Assembly: GCF_009914755.1 (NCBI RefSeq)
Contig: NC_060932.1
Direction: 5' to 3' (one strand)
DNA length: 64,000 bases
Origin: the human T2T-CHM13v2.0 reference genome, Homo sapiens
Part shown: positions 1-13,600 of the stretch, one piece after another
Layout of the letters: each line of letters opens with the position of its first letter
Numbering within the stretch: position 1 is the first letter of the stretch
Translations under genes and position numbers: made by a program
The notes under the pieces: model-generated
The model's input: the letters and a program-made list of their open reading frames with translations, nothing else
What the model was told of the DNA's origin: nothing
The model's database searches: none

Positions 1-939
1 CTGTATAGCTTTCTCCCCAAATGAAACTCAAAAATAGATGCTGCTTCCCTAATCCTTCTGATTTGAAAATTATTTGGCATTTTTAGAAATTAATTTTTCC
101 AGGCAATTAAATTAGCCAGTAATTTGACATCACCATCTTATTTCATTATAGAGAACACATGCTGAAATGACACACAACCTCATTTTCATGTATTATTTTT
201 GCAAATTTAGTACTCATAAATAGGTGTTGGATCGACAGTGCCAGCAACTAGAATCTTCCCTGCTGGCTAGACGGGAGCCTGAGGAGTGGTTATGTGAGCT
301 GGAGCCCAGGCCTGTCCCAGCTGAGATTACCAGCTGGGAGAGCAAAACCAAGTCCCACAACGTACAGTCCTTTTTTCTCTGCTCCAGAATGCTAGTTGGC
401 CCACCCAATTGAACATGATAAATGGTGGCACCACTGGATGGAATCCACCCCCTCACTTCCCAATGGCCACCTGGTATTTTCATGATGGCTCTGTCCAAAT
501 AATTTTTAAATACTTTCCAAGTCATCCAACTCAGTGCTCCAACCCTTTTAGACAAAGAGGACTCTCTGAGAACCTGGAAATTCACTTGGGAAGGGAGAGA
601 ATACACACACTTAGCTAGGGCAAAGATGAGAGAGTTTTTAGTTCTCTGTAGCTAAGGGTATATTGTTAAATTCTACCAAGGAAAGAATGAGGTTGAAGAT
701 GTCTTTTGGCTCCATATGTTCCCAGGAAGAAGGGAAGGCACCAAGCATTCCCCCTATTTTATAGACAGGTATGGAAAAGCACAGAAAGGAAAAGCAGTGA
801 CTTCAAGACTGTATGCTAAGAGAAACAAGCAAGGTCAAGATGAACATTCAGAATTCGTCGGAAATCATTTTTCATTAATCATTTATTAAAGATTAATATT
901 TTATTAATCATTTTCAATCATATTAATCATTTTTAAATT

Positions 940-1491
940 TGAACATGTTGAAAAGTGTTCAAAGGGGACTCTGTTAAAAATTACACAAAAGACCAGGTAC
1001 ACTGGCTCACACCTGTAATTCCAACCCTGTGGAAGGCCAAGGCAGGAGGATTGCTTGAGGCCAGGAGTTCCAGGCCAGCCTGGGCAACAGAGTGAGACCA
1101 TGTATCTACAAAAAAAAATTATTTAATTAGCCATGCATGGTGGCTTGTGACTGCAGTCCCAACTACTCAGGAGACTGAGGCAAGAGGATCGCTTAAGCTC
1201 ACGAGTTGGAGGCTAGAGTGATCCATGATTGGCCACTGTGCTCCACTCTGGGTAACAGAGCAAGACTCTAGTATGTTCACATGCCTGTTGGCCTACTGTA
1301 ATTATTTACACATTTTTATTTTTTGTTGGCCTATTGTAATTATTTTATTATTTTATCTATTTATAAATTATTTATTCATTTATATAGTATGCATTTTAAA
1401 TAAAAATAATGTATAAATAAAATAATTACAGTAGGCCAACAGAAATGTGATCCAGAACTGTCCAGGGTGAACAGGAACATGTACTCACCCT
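940..1491 (+). mobile_element. MER81/MER94-like (hAT-Blackjack) DNA transposon relic, interrupted by an Alu and an inverted duplication
   Basis: The 5' part AAAGGGGACTCTGTTAAAAATTACAC (~960-986) and the 3' part AATAATTACAGTAGGCCAACAG...ACTGTCCAGGGTGAACAGGAACATGTACTCACCCTG resemble the remembered MER81 consensus ending in GGTCACCCTA. Confidence 0.55.
991..1269 (+). mobile_element. AluJ-type SINE lacking a poly(A) tail
   Basis: Dimeric Alu with a GGAGGATTGCTTGAGGCCAGGAGTTC left arm and an A-rich linker; the right arm ends GAGCAAGACTCT with no A-tail. Confidence 0.92.
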
Positions 1492-2129
1492 GTCTACATG
1501 GGGATTTTGCGAAGTGGCCAGGCAGTCATTAGGTAAGGAGCTATTACAAATCACTTCACCTTCTGGCTCATGCCCAACCTGCCCTGCTCACTCCTTTTCA
1601 CAGACTTTGCTAATCTCCCCCCTACACTTCATGTCTAGATATCCTCCCCAATCAGCCCTTCATCTATGCAAGTTTTATGCTCTATTTCAAACCCAAGTGA
1701 ATGTGCATCTCTCCCACAGGGCTCTTTCTGCCAACTCCAAATCATTCTACTTTTCCCACTTTCTGAATTTTCTTAGTATCTATTGTACATATCAAATAAC
1801 ATAGCTTTGAACTATAGAATGAGGCTTTGGGGTTTTTTTTTCCTCTACTTATTCTATAAGTATTGGGGGTTCTTTTCCCAATTAGGCTTGAAACTTATGA
1901 AAGTCTGAGATATTTCTTGTACTTCTTTCCCATCCTCTTCTTTCCCATCACACCTTATTCAGGATGTTAGAACAGAAAAACAAACAAACTTCACAGAGAC
2001 CATTTGGTCCAGTTACAGATCAAGAAGCTCATCTCCAAAAGAAAGGGGCCTTCCCTAAGACCAATAGCTCTAACACAGCCTGGAGTAGGGGCCCCTGTTC
2101 TGTGCCTCCATGAGACCATGTGTGCTTCA

Positions 2130-2330
2130 CAGCTCTGCATACACCACTGTGGCATTTCTTGACCATGGCGAGTGGACTGTAATGCCTCGTTTACTTAGCT
2201 GTTCATTCACCATATTGGAAAGCCCTGGAGGACAGGAGCTCTGCTGGATTGATCACCATGTCTTCAATGGCTGGCACACAACAGACACTCAGTAAATGTT
2301 GGTTGAATGAACGATTAAAGGAATGAATGG
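2130..2330 (+). mobile_element. L2 LINE 3' end fragment
   Basis: GGCTGGCACACAACAGACACTCAGTAAATGTTGGTTGAATGAACGA...GAATGAATG is a typical L2 3' terminus. Confidence 0.75.
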
Positions 2331-3179
2331 AAACATGATTTTCCTTAAGGTGGTCATATAGGCTTTTATTGCATTTAATTGCATTTCCAAGCATTTAAAT
2401 TAAAGAAGAGAGAGAATAAGCTCCTCCTCAGAGAAGTCATAGGAAATGGATGGAGTGGTTGATTCCTGGCTTCTGCTTTGCCTCCCAGAATGGGTGGTGG
2501 AACCCATTTCCATTGATCTTCCAGTCCCATACCGCAGAGGAAAAAAGACACTGAATGCAGTCAGGGCAGCTGATTCGGGATCTGACCCTTCACTGAGTCT
2601 CTGTGTCACCATCAGAGACAGTGTCACCTAAGACACTGTGCTTAGGGCTTCAGATTCCCCATCAGCAATAAGAGAAGGCTGGCCCCAAAGGCTGTGGAGA
2701 CTCCTTCTGGCTCCAGTGCCTATTGGCTCCAAAGCCCACTCACTGAGCACCCCTCCAGGTGAATGACAGTCCCTAGTTAGGGCAACATCACACAGAGCTG
2801 GACACTCAAATCCTCCATCGTCAGAGATCAGCGGCTTAGTAGACAGAGCCTCTGGTTCTCCCTTCGGCTGCTAGGAAACTGAGCCTCCCAGCAGCACATT
2901 AGGTTGCATATTAAACAGATGGGATGCAGATTTGAGACCTGTTAAAGGTTGGGCTTTCCTTTTTTTTATAGGCTGCTGTCAAGGTGTGTTAGTATCTCTT
3001 TATTTAAACAAGCTCCTTAGTCTTGGTTACACAGTGCAGAGACTCGGGAAAAAAAGTGAGTAGAATAAATAATCTATCATGCTAGCAACATAATTATAAG
3101 AACATATGTTAGCTCGAACTAGCTATATTCTAGTCATATTAAGGGTATGTGTGGGAGAGAGAAGGATGGCAGGAGTGTC

Positions 3180-4200
3180 TCAAAATAGTTCAGGCGGAGT
3201 AAGAGTGATATCGGGCTACCTGGAAACCCAAACTGCTTTCCTGGAGCCTCCATTCTGGCATCCACAGCATCCCAGAGGGCTGCCCGTTGGTGGCTTCCTG
3301 CTGCTAAATGCACCACCTGAGTCTGGAGAGCCACAGGGCACCTTGCCGCTCTGCTCAGCGGCCCCACCTTCGCGCGCAGGGAGATGAGCCCATTCCTACT
3401 TCGTTGGGTGCATCTCTGCCAGGTGCAGAGAGCACAGGTCCAAAGAGAAAGACCCCCAGAGGTCAAGGGCAATGGGTCTTGGCTTTCACAAATGCCTCAA
3501 GCTCTGAGGCACTAAGAAAAACAAAATTCACATATTTTGAGGGCCTTCAGTGAAGGGAATCAATGCGGAGGAAACGTCGTGTTGCACCACCGTTTCCCAC
3601 ATGCTTATTTGGATTGTACTCACCGTTCAAGGCTCTTCTCAGGGAAAGTGCCCCCACTCACTTCCAGCACCGCCCCCGCCCCTTCCCCCAGGGAGCCTTC
3701 AGAACTCTCATCGACATCCCTCCCTTGGCACAGAAAGCCCTCGCGGCTCCCCAAGCCTGTTTGGGTCCCCTGGTTATTTGCTGCTATGGCACCCCGCAGT
3801 GCTGGAGGACATGGATACTCAGTGCACTTTTAATTATACCATGGCTGGCTTCCCCGAATGGATTGCTGCCTCTGCGAAGGTAGGAGCTGTGCCTAATTTG
3901 TTCACCACAGTGACTGCGGCTGGCTAGGGACCTGGGGTCTGTGCTGCGAGGACTCAGACGCAGCGCGCCAGGTTGTGCAGCCGCTGTAAACAAGGCGCCC
4001 AGGGGCTGCACGCTCTGGGAGGATCAGAGGGTTCGAGGAGGGCACGGAGCGCATCCCCAGAACAGTGTGGGCTGCGGCAGACACAAGAAACCAGGGCTGA
4101 TCACAGCGACAAGAGCATACCACTCTAGCGCCACACTCCCCGGAGCCTGGCTGGGCCCACAGACAAGGACCCTTGGGGACGGGGCTTCCCTCCAAAGGTG
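3180..4200. promoter_or_regulatory. GC/CpG-enriched, repeat-free segment (weak CpG island; candidate promoter or enhancer)
   Basis: Visibly raised CpG density (CGCGCG, GCAGCGCGCC), a GC box CCGCCCCCGCCCC at ~3670 and a forkhead-like TGTAAACA at ~3985. Confidence 0.45.
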
Positions 4201-4893
4201 CTGGGAGTTGCTGCCAGGCATTAAACAGAGGGTCAAGTTTGTGCTCTAGGAAGTTAATTCTGGGGGTATAAGAAGGGCCTAGAGGCAAGAAACCAGCTTG
4301 GAAGCCATTCTATTCACCAAGGTGAGAGGAAGGCCCTAAATTCAGGTGGGGGCCTTGAGAATTAGAGGAGAGGGAGAAGCTCCAGAGGTATTTTGTGGGT
4401 AGCATTATGTATTTTGTGAGACTCTAAGCATTTTAGAGGGGCCTAAAAATTAATAACCTAATAGAGATTTTACCACTATAAAAAATGTATATACTCCTGT
4501 GTCCAGGCACATAAAAAAAATGAAAACGGATTTTTCTAAAGATAGTCTTAAAAGACTGTTATTTTAACACATTTTCTATACTTTTATATAGCTTATTGAT
4601 GTCTTTAAAAGGAGAAGAAATAAAGGATTTGAAGGAAGGAAAAAGGAGAGAGCTTGGGGAGTCATATGTTTATGCTCCCAATAGCTTGAGCCACAAGCCA
4701 TGTTTAGGGGCACTTGTCCCTAACTGCAGTTGTGTCTAGGTTTGCCCCTTGAAAGTCTCATTCTGGCTTACATTTAAGTGCTACCTTCTGTGTTTGGTGA
4801 ATATAAGTTAATATTTTGGATGAGACTACCTTCTGTGTTTGGGAATATAGCTTGTCCCCAAGGAAACACTGCTCTCCCAAGAACTGAGGTGTT

Positions 4894-4995
4894 AGTCAGG
4901 TACAGGGGCTCACACCTGTAAGCCCAGCTTAAGGATAAGAGTTCAAAACCAGCCTGGGCAATGGAGCAAGACCCCATCTTTATTTTTTAAAAAAA
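4894..4995 (+). mobile_element. Alu left monomer (FLAM-like) with an internal deletion
   Basis: GGCTCACACCTGTAAGCCCAGC is joined almost directly to GAGTTCAAAACCAGCCTGGGCAATGGAGCAAGACCCCATCT. Confidence 0.8.
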
Positions 4996-5116
4996 GGAAT
5001 TGGAGTATGAATGTACCTTTTGTCCCCCCAAATATGTGTGGTACCAAATGGGCAGGTGTGTAGGTCTGCACAGGGATGGGGAGGGAGAGCATTATTCCTT
5101 TTTTAAAAAAATTGCT

Positions 5117-5399
<283 letters not shown>

Positions 5400-5660
5400 T
5401 TATTATTATTATAATGAAGTATAAATTTAAGGTGCACAAGTACTCTTGTTACATGGATATATTGCAGAGTGGGAAGTCTGGGCTTTTAGTGTAGCCATCA
5501 TCTCAATAGTGTACCTTGTATCATTGTATGCATTAAGTAATTTCTCATCCCTCGCCCTCTCCCACCCTCCCAAATCTCCAATGACTATTATTACATACTC
5601 TATGTCCATGTGTACAAGTTATTTAACTCCCATTTATAAGTGAGAACATGTTGTATTTCT
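5400..5660 (-). mobile_element. L1 3' UTR fragment (L1PB/L1MA-like)
   Basis: TTGTTACATGGATATATTGC...CTCTATGTCCATGTGTAC...CTCCCATTTATAAGTGAGAACATG is the antisense of an L1 3' end. Confidence 0.85.
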
Positions 5661-6560
5661 GACCCAGAATCAGCAGAGAAAGTAGATGGACAGGGACAGG
5701 GCCCTACAGGGCAGGTGGGGCCGTTGTGATGGCGACATTTTAATATTCACCCACCATCCACTCCTCACCTAATTTTCATTATTCAGCGCTAACATTTAAA
5801 CAGTATTCTCTCCCAAGATGACACACAATCAGAACTGAAGGTAATCCAGACTATTATATCAACAGCATTGATATAGAAAACATGACATTTGTGCTTGTCC
5901 CCAAGGAAACACCGCTCATCTAGGGAAGGAAGCCAGATTGACGCATTACCCACCATTGTGCATCTACCAATATCCATACTGACAGATCGAGAATATCTGG
6001 CAAGGGCCACATTTATTGCTGTGCCTTACATTGCTTTTAAAACCCCAGAATGTCAGAAGTGTACATCCAAAAGCACCCACTTTTACTGTTTGAAAGAAGG
6101 ATGGCTGTGGAAATTTTATGTCCAGACTGCCTTCCAGCCTCGAGACACCTCAGCTCTTTGCTAAAACTGCCATTTCCCCCCCAAGAGCAAATCTTTCTTT
6201 CCCACAGATAATGAAGATCATGATGCTTTGCATATGATAATACAGGGTATTCTGCAAAGTACTTTCATACACATGTCTTCACAAGAGTTTCAGCAAACAA
6301 ACAAAGGCTCTAAAATACACTGGGTAGGTGTTAGTCTTATTGGGAAAATGACAAATTGACATCTAAGGATGGTAAAGTGACTTGGGCCAGCATCCCATCT
6401 GCTAGTTCAGGGTTACAGACCTTTTCCCCTCCCCCGCAGGCCACCTCTTCACCACTTCCCACTGCCTCCCATCCCCACTGCCTGTGGAGCAACAGTGTTT
6501 GGAATGGGTCCCTTGAGTTATTTAACTACATCCAAGGCTGGACAAGAAATAGAGGGGACC

Positions 6561-6803
6561 AGCCAGGTGCAGTGGCTCATGCCTGTAATCCCAGCAAGCT
6601 GGGAGCCCAAGGTGAGAGGATTGCTTGAACCCAGGAGTTCAAGACCAGCCTAGGCAACATAGCAAGACCCTATCTCTACAAAAATAAAAATAAAAATTAG
6701 CCGGGTGTGGTGGCACGCACCTGTAGTCCCAGCTACTTGGGAGGTTGAGATGAAAGGATCACTTGAGCCCAGGAGTTCAAGATCGTGGTGAACCATGATT
6801 GCA
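6561..6803 (+). mobile_element. AluJ, 3'-truncated
   Basis: Alu left arm, linker and partial right arm with J-type GAGGATTGCTTGAACCCAGGAGTTC. Confidence 0.9.
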
Positions 6804-8195
6804 TGACCAAGGTACAACTGGAGAGGCCAATTTCAGCCTGTTAGTTACCAAATAAGATGGTGTTTAAACATAGGATTGCCCTGTGATGCACAGACCATCT
6901 TTAGCCAGTGAGCAGTGTAACTGAGCCCTGCCAGATGGGAGTGAGGAAGGCAGGCAGAACGCAAAAGGCAAGCTTCCTTGCACAGCCAAGGGAGAGGGCT
7001 CATGTGTGCAAGGGGTCAGATCTCTTTGCTGCATGTCTTCTCATGAGCCTCCCAGACAGATAACAAACCCGCACAAAGATTTAAACTCTCCAGAGGCATC
7101 CCGGTTATTTCTATCTAAAGAGGAACTGATGGCTGCAGTTCCTGAGCAGATTCCAAACAGAGACTCATACCTGGATTCTGCCTGCCCAGAGCCTCCCAAC
7201 ACAAACAGCCCAGTCTGCTCAGAGCAGGAAAAGGTAAAAGTAAATAAACGTGGTCTTAATCTCTCCAATAGATTGGAACAATCTGAACCAACCTGTAATT
7301 TCATCCAGACATGCAGGGAGAATAATTTTTAAAGTTTTGCTAAACATAAATGCACCTCCACTCATTATGATTTCCCCGGCATTTTTTTTTTTCTTCCTGC
7401 CCCTTTCTCCATCTGCACTTTATTCAATGAACACATCTGCATTCCTTCTCTCTCTTTTTTTGGCCAGAAACTTTATACAACCTTATCACTGACACCTCTC
7501 TGCAGTTTCAAATTCCAGCTTTGTGCCAAATCCCCATTTCCTGCTGCTTAATTTCCATTCATTTACTCTTGTTTTTGCTTCTTCTGCCATTCCCAGCATG
7601 GACCAACTCCAGCCCAGCTTCTTCTAATTTTTTAAGGAAGGTTCCCTGTTGAGTGCTATTGGAATCTGAGCCTCCACTCCATGCCAGTGACGGGCCATTG
7701 TTTATACTACCTAACGACAGTTGCCAGTAGAACGGCGGCTTTCCCTTTCTTTATTTCCCTCCCTGAGTGTTTACACTAAGGCCCAGGAGAACTTTTCCCC
7801 ACATATGGTGACCCAGTAGGTCTAGTTTTATTATGACTTTGGTAGAATCTGAAGTAGCCTCTTTCCATTTCTTTTTGACAGGAAAAATAAAATCAAGTCT
7901 GGAAGCTTTGTTTACCCAGCTCTAAGTGCCACCATCAGCCTCAGACAAAGCTGAACGGCTGCTGTCAGGACGAGGGCTTTGGGAACCTCATAAGGTTAGG
8001 CTGAGCCAAAGGACAATGATGCAGACCCCGAGGGGAGGATGAGCTGAGGCTGGACTTTTCGTAAAGTGGAGGAATGGCCATTCCATTTTTCTGGTGCTCA
8101 GGAATTTCTTCAATATGTTGGGTTGTTCTACAAAGCCAGGAGCAAACATAAGGTTGTTTTTCTGGCTTCTAAGGAGAGACAATGCTTGCTTAAAG

Positions 8196-8527
<332 letters not shown>

Positions 8528-10343
8528 TAACGGCCATTTTTCTTCCCATAGTGGGACTGATTCTCATTTGTTGTTTGGGGGAGGTTTTGATTTGGGTTTT
8601 CTTTTTCCTAAATCCATAGCTCAGCAGCCAGCTGTGTCAGCACTGTAGCCATTTTGCCGCAAACATCTTTGCCCCAGGTCCTGATGTGTCTACCCCCAAG
8701 TTCTGTTCCTTACCCTTTCCCTCTGGGTTTCATTGCCTAGAATTACAACTCCAGAGTCTCATGCAAAACATGGCATCCAAAATGGAAGGGCTTACAGTCA
8801 GGAATGTGGAGGTCTGAGAAGCAAATGGCACCCAACAGCAAGAAAAGAAAATCATCCCAAATACTTAAAGGACTAGGTAGTATGGTCCCATTCTATGGAT
8901 GAGACACCAACAGCTCAGGGGCATATCCAAGGGTAAACCTAGACCAGAATAAACACAAATAACCCAATTCCCAGCCTATTCACCTTTCCTGGGTTCTGGT
9001 CGGGTGAACTTTGAGTGTGTCTATTTCCCTAAAGCAGTGATCTTCATGTATCTAAGGAAGGGAGGAGCAGGGAGAACTTCACTGGCCACCCAGAGAAAAT
9101 GAACACCCACTCTTTGTTACTCCAGTTTTAGGGATCTCTGAGTCAGGATAGGCAGACTCCACCCTTGCTCAAAGATGAAAGAGTCCTCAACATCATGGCC
9201 TTACTTGAGTTCCTGAGTGAAGGAAAGTCTATTGTCAGATGGGCAGTCTATTTCTAAAGAAATGGGATTCCTATCGAAGAACCAATTATGCCCTCAGGGC
9301 CAGCGGTGGCTCTCTTCACAGAGCTCAGCACAGAGCCCCTAAAAGCAAGCTTTTAAAACACGTAGTACTGCCCATCATCCCAACCATGGGAGGCAGAGCA
9401 AAACCACTGCCTTGGAAAACAACCTTTATGTACACATGAACAAATAGCCAGAATAAATATCTATCAGATCTCCTCGGGATATTGAATGAGGGATTAAAAT
9501 TGTAGAGGCGCCATTGGTTACATCAACAATCAATATGGGCCCCAGTGAAAATGTTCCAGTTACTATACATTTCCTGCTTTGCTGGGGGCACATGTAGATG
9601 CGTCTCACACTAGATGAATTAATGAAAGATGAAATGGCCCACCAAAACTGTTGTGCATATTCAAGAGCCTTTGGTCTTTGATGCTGTTTCGTCTCTAGAG
9701 CATCATCAAAAAGCCTCAAGAGATGGAGCTGTTGGGGTGGTCAGAATTATTTCTCACAGCGACAAATCACTGCTAAATTCTTTAGAAAACCAGATTATAA
9801 TATGTAATTAATGAAGTCCACTTAAAGGTATCTTCCTTATCTCTTTCAATTCCCCTGTGTTAGACTGTTAAACCTGTGGGTGAGAATAATGCTACTGATA
9901 TAAATGCACACACGTAAATATAAAAATGTGTTTATCCATATGTGCATAAAAGTGTTAAGTATGTGTGTATTCATAAGTACCTATATTGATCAATATAAAA
10001 ACACACCCCAAGGCTCTGCTTTCATTATATGTATGGCACATGGTGGGGAAGAGCTGTGTATTGTACCCTATATTGCATTGCACATATGCGTGAAAAAGAA
10101 AAATCGCAGAAAGTAACAAGTAAAAACCAAAAAGACAGTGTGTGAAACAAGCTAGAATGATATAGTACATATCATTTATATTATTCTTTCTACTTTTATG
10201 TGTCTTAAAATTTTCTATAACAGAAGGCTTAAAATTTAAATGTAAAAGATAGGAATTCCATTTCCCTGGTATAATTAAAATAAATTTTACAATTTGCTAT
10301 TTATGGGATATTTCAACCAATCTCACTCACTTCAAATATGAGG

Positions 10344-10640
10344 TTTTTTGTTTTTTGTTTTGAGACGGAGTCTCACTCTGTCGCCCAGACTGGAGTGCAG
10401 TGGCGCGATCTTGGCTCACTGCAACCTCTGCCTCCCAAGTTCAAGCAATTACCTGCCTCACTCTCCTGAGTAGGTGGGACTACAGGCACCCGCCACCACG
10501 CCCTGCTAATTTTTGTATTTTTAGTAGGGATAGCGTTTCACCATCTTGGCCAGGCTGGTCTTGAACTCTTGACCTTATGATCCACCCACCTCGGCCTCCC
10601 AAAGTGCTGGGATTACAGGTATGAACTACCGCGCCCAGCC
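10344..10640 (-). mobile_element. AluS (Sg/Sc-like)
   Basis: Full antisense Alu; GACCTTATGATCC shows the 2-bp deletion typical of younger subfamilies. Confidence 0.93.
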
Positions 10641-13600
10641 CTAATGTGAGGTGTTAAGAAAAAAATCAAATAATCACCAACTTGGAGATGACTCCTCATA
10701 ATGCTGGTTTTCCTAAACTGTGAATTTTTCTTTAACAGAAATGAAATATGTTTTGGAAGGGGCTCAAGCGCCAGGGGCACCTACAGTAGAAAATGAACCA
10801 AATAGAGGTATCTATTCCCCTTCAGGTGGAAAATTCATTTGCCCATTATTCTTATCAAGTTAAAAGCTCATTGTTAATAAAATTATCTTTCTGGAGATTA
10901 CAGCTTCTCCAAACTGTCCTTAAAAAATGTGTAAGCCAAACCATATTTTCCACAGTTGTAGCATGTCCTTCTACCCTTTGCCCAACTGACCTGGGCATAA
11001 GGAATACATATTTATTAGAGTAGCCTAATTTAAACACAAATAACAAGGAGGGGGCCAGGGAGGAACGTGCATTCTGAATGCCACGTACACGTCTTACTTG
11101 TTTTCTTCTCCATTCAAACATGTATTTTGAGTTCATGTGTTCCTGTGCATGAAGAGTAAAACAAAAAAGCAAAAAGGGGGTCTAAATCTTGATTCCATAT
11201 CCTGTCCAAGACCCATTTCCTTGAGGATTGTAAGCAATATGAGTGCAGGGTGTTGGTAGTTGTGGTTCTCTGACACACCTGGTTTTGTGTGGACCCCAGT
11301 TGCAAAGAGGGCTGTCTTGGAAAACAAGTTCATCCCAGAATAACAAGCCCCTCCAGAAGCAAGAAGTATCAGCCCTGATGTAAATATGCGGGGTCCCAAG
11401 AGATGGCTTCCAACTTCCAACTATTATCCAGACATATCTGAATCTAGCCTCTGAACCTAAAGCCATCCCCCTATTACGGGTAACACCACACACTTTCTTG
11501 GATCCACACAGCCTGACCAAAATTAAAAAAAAAAAAAATCCTGCAAGTGTGTGACATCAACATGTTTTCCTCAGCTAACAGGCTTCTCTATTCACCAGCA
11601 GCCAAAAATTTTAAGTGGCTCTTAAACAAAGACAGTCCAAGCGAAGAATAATGATGTCAAACCCAAGCCATAGTTGTGGTGTGAACACAAAATCTACAGG
11701 ACCCAAGTTAAAAATGATTTACAGACAGTTTGATCAGAGTCAGATGTGACATGGTGTCTTACTGGAGACAAGCCAGTGGCTATCAATCCAAATCCCCTAC
11801 AACAAGTTATGTCATTAGTCAGAATCAATACATTATGGAGACAATTTTCTCTTTTGTCTCTTGGCCCAGGGAATTTTCCAAGTTGAGTTTCATCACCAGA
11901 TTGCAAGGTCCTCGCATTACAAAGTGGCTGACAGGAATCACAACCACTAACTCCCTCATGTGCTCTTCTGGAGGGGCAGGGGAAAAGTTTAAGGAATAAA
12001 TCCAATTAGACATGGGAGTCTCCAAATAACAAGTCCAAGGCCTTTGTTGGCAGGTTTATGTTGAACTTGTGTATCCCGTTCCTGTTGTTGATATCCCTTT
12101 CAAGGGCATCAGTTTGGACTCTCAGATATGGAAGCAACACAGTGAAGAGGTCCTTAGTGCCAGGTCCACCCCAGGAATTACCTGGTCACCTTGGCTTAGC
12201 CAAGGCACAGGGAAAATGACTCATTGATAATGGCCAACTTCTAGCCTTTGGCCTCTGCATCTCATTTTTCTCCTCCCTGATACCAGACAGCCCCATTTAG
12301 CTGCAAGATCTTCATGTACCTGCCCTCTTCTTTAATCCCTAAAGAATGGCCATGGCATTTTTAACATAAAGGCAGTTCTGTAAAATTCTTCCCGAGTGCC
12401 AGCAGGTGCACAATACTTCTTTCCATCATTAATGCTCTCAAGGATATTTTTGCAACAAAGCCCCGGTGCTGTCCTTGTAGGACCTTCCAAAGCCCTCTTA
12501 CGGGGTGTGATAGAGAACAGGAATGAAAACATTCAAAAATTAAACAAAATGAGGGTCTCATTTTCCTACTGCCATCAAGCCCTTCCAAAAGAAAAATTCT
12601 CTATTCACTCCCATGTGCGACTACAATGCAGGATATTTTTCCAGCTCACTGGTACTTCATAAACACCATTTGTTGTCATGTGGTTAAATTAAAACTGAGG
12701 ATATCAAACATCAAACAGTATGTTAATGTCAAGTATGCTTGAATAAATAGTAAGAGTTCAATTGAATGGAATATGTGGATTGCTAGCTAATTAAGCAAGA
12801 AGCAGGTGTGAAAAAAATCTAATTTAGGCAATTTTTTATAATTAATAATGTTTACTTGTAGTACCCTTCTAATGGGGCTCTAGTTTAGCCTCTTGTGAAT
12901 TGCTAGGAGTTTACTCCAGTATTTTAAAATTATAATTGAATGGAGAATTTTATGGGATATCAGGTTTCCTTGCTGCTGATGAAGCACTGTCTATATAGAA
13001 GGCTCCTAACAGTACTTTGTATCAATAGGATCAATTAGCAAATGATCCTAGCAATTAAAACTTAAAACACACACAGGCATACCCCGCACCTAAAGGTTCT
13101 CTTGCACACCCCAGTACAAGGGGAGGGAGAAGTGAATTTGGATGAACCAATTTGAATAAGAATATCATACTCAAACAATCATTGGATAGGAATGACGAGA
13201 GCTTCGGTGAGTGTCTGCAAAGAGCAGCAACAGAGAACATTCTGTTGGGATTAGAAACAAAAAATTAAGATCATATCTAAACTGTCCTGGCAAATTGCAC
13301 ACAACCAATCAATTAATCCAAGCATACGTTTAGGATTGGTTTTCTTTCCAAAAAGCCAAATGGAAGGAGAGGAGGAGAAAATGACCACAGATGTGAAAAC
13401 AGACCTGGAATATTTCATGGACGTGACATATCCACCACATTTAATTAAAAAAAGAATGTATGAGAACAATGTATCCTTCTCAATCTGGGTCGAGGGAACA
13501 AAACAGGACTGGATTAGATAGGACAACTGTAATCTCTAGAGACAGTTCCATGTTTAATGGGAGCGCCACATGTTTGATATGTAGGGAAGTAAGTGGGTGT

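Noticed and set aside
10739-10810. Possible + exon encoding MKYVLEGAQAPGAPTVENEPNR
   Set aside because: The donor (gtatct) is weak, the peptide is not recognised, and there are no partner exons.
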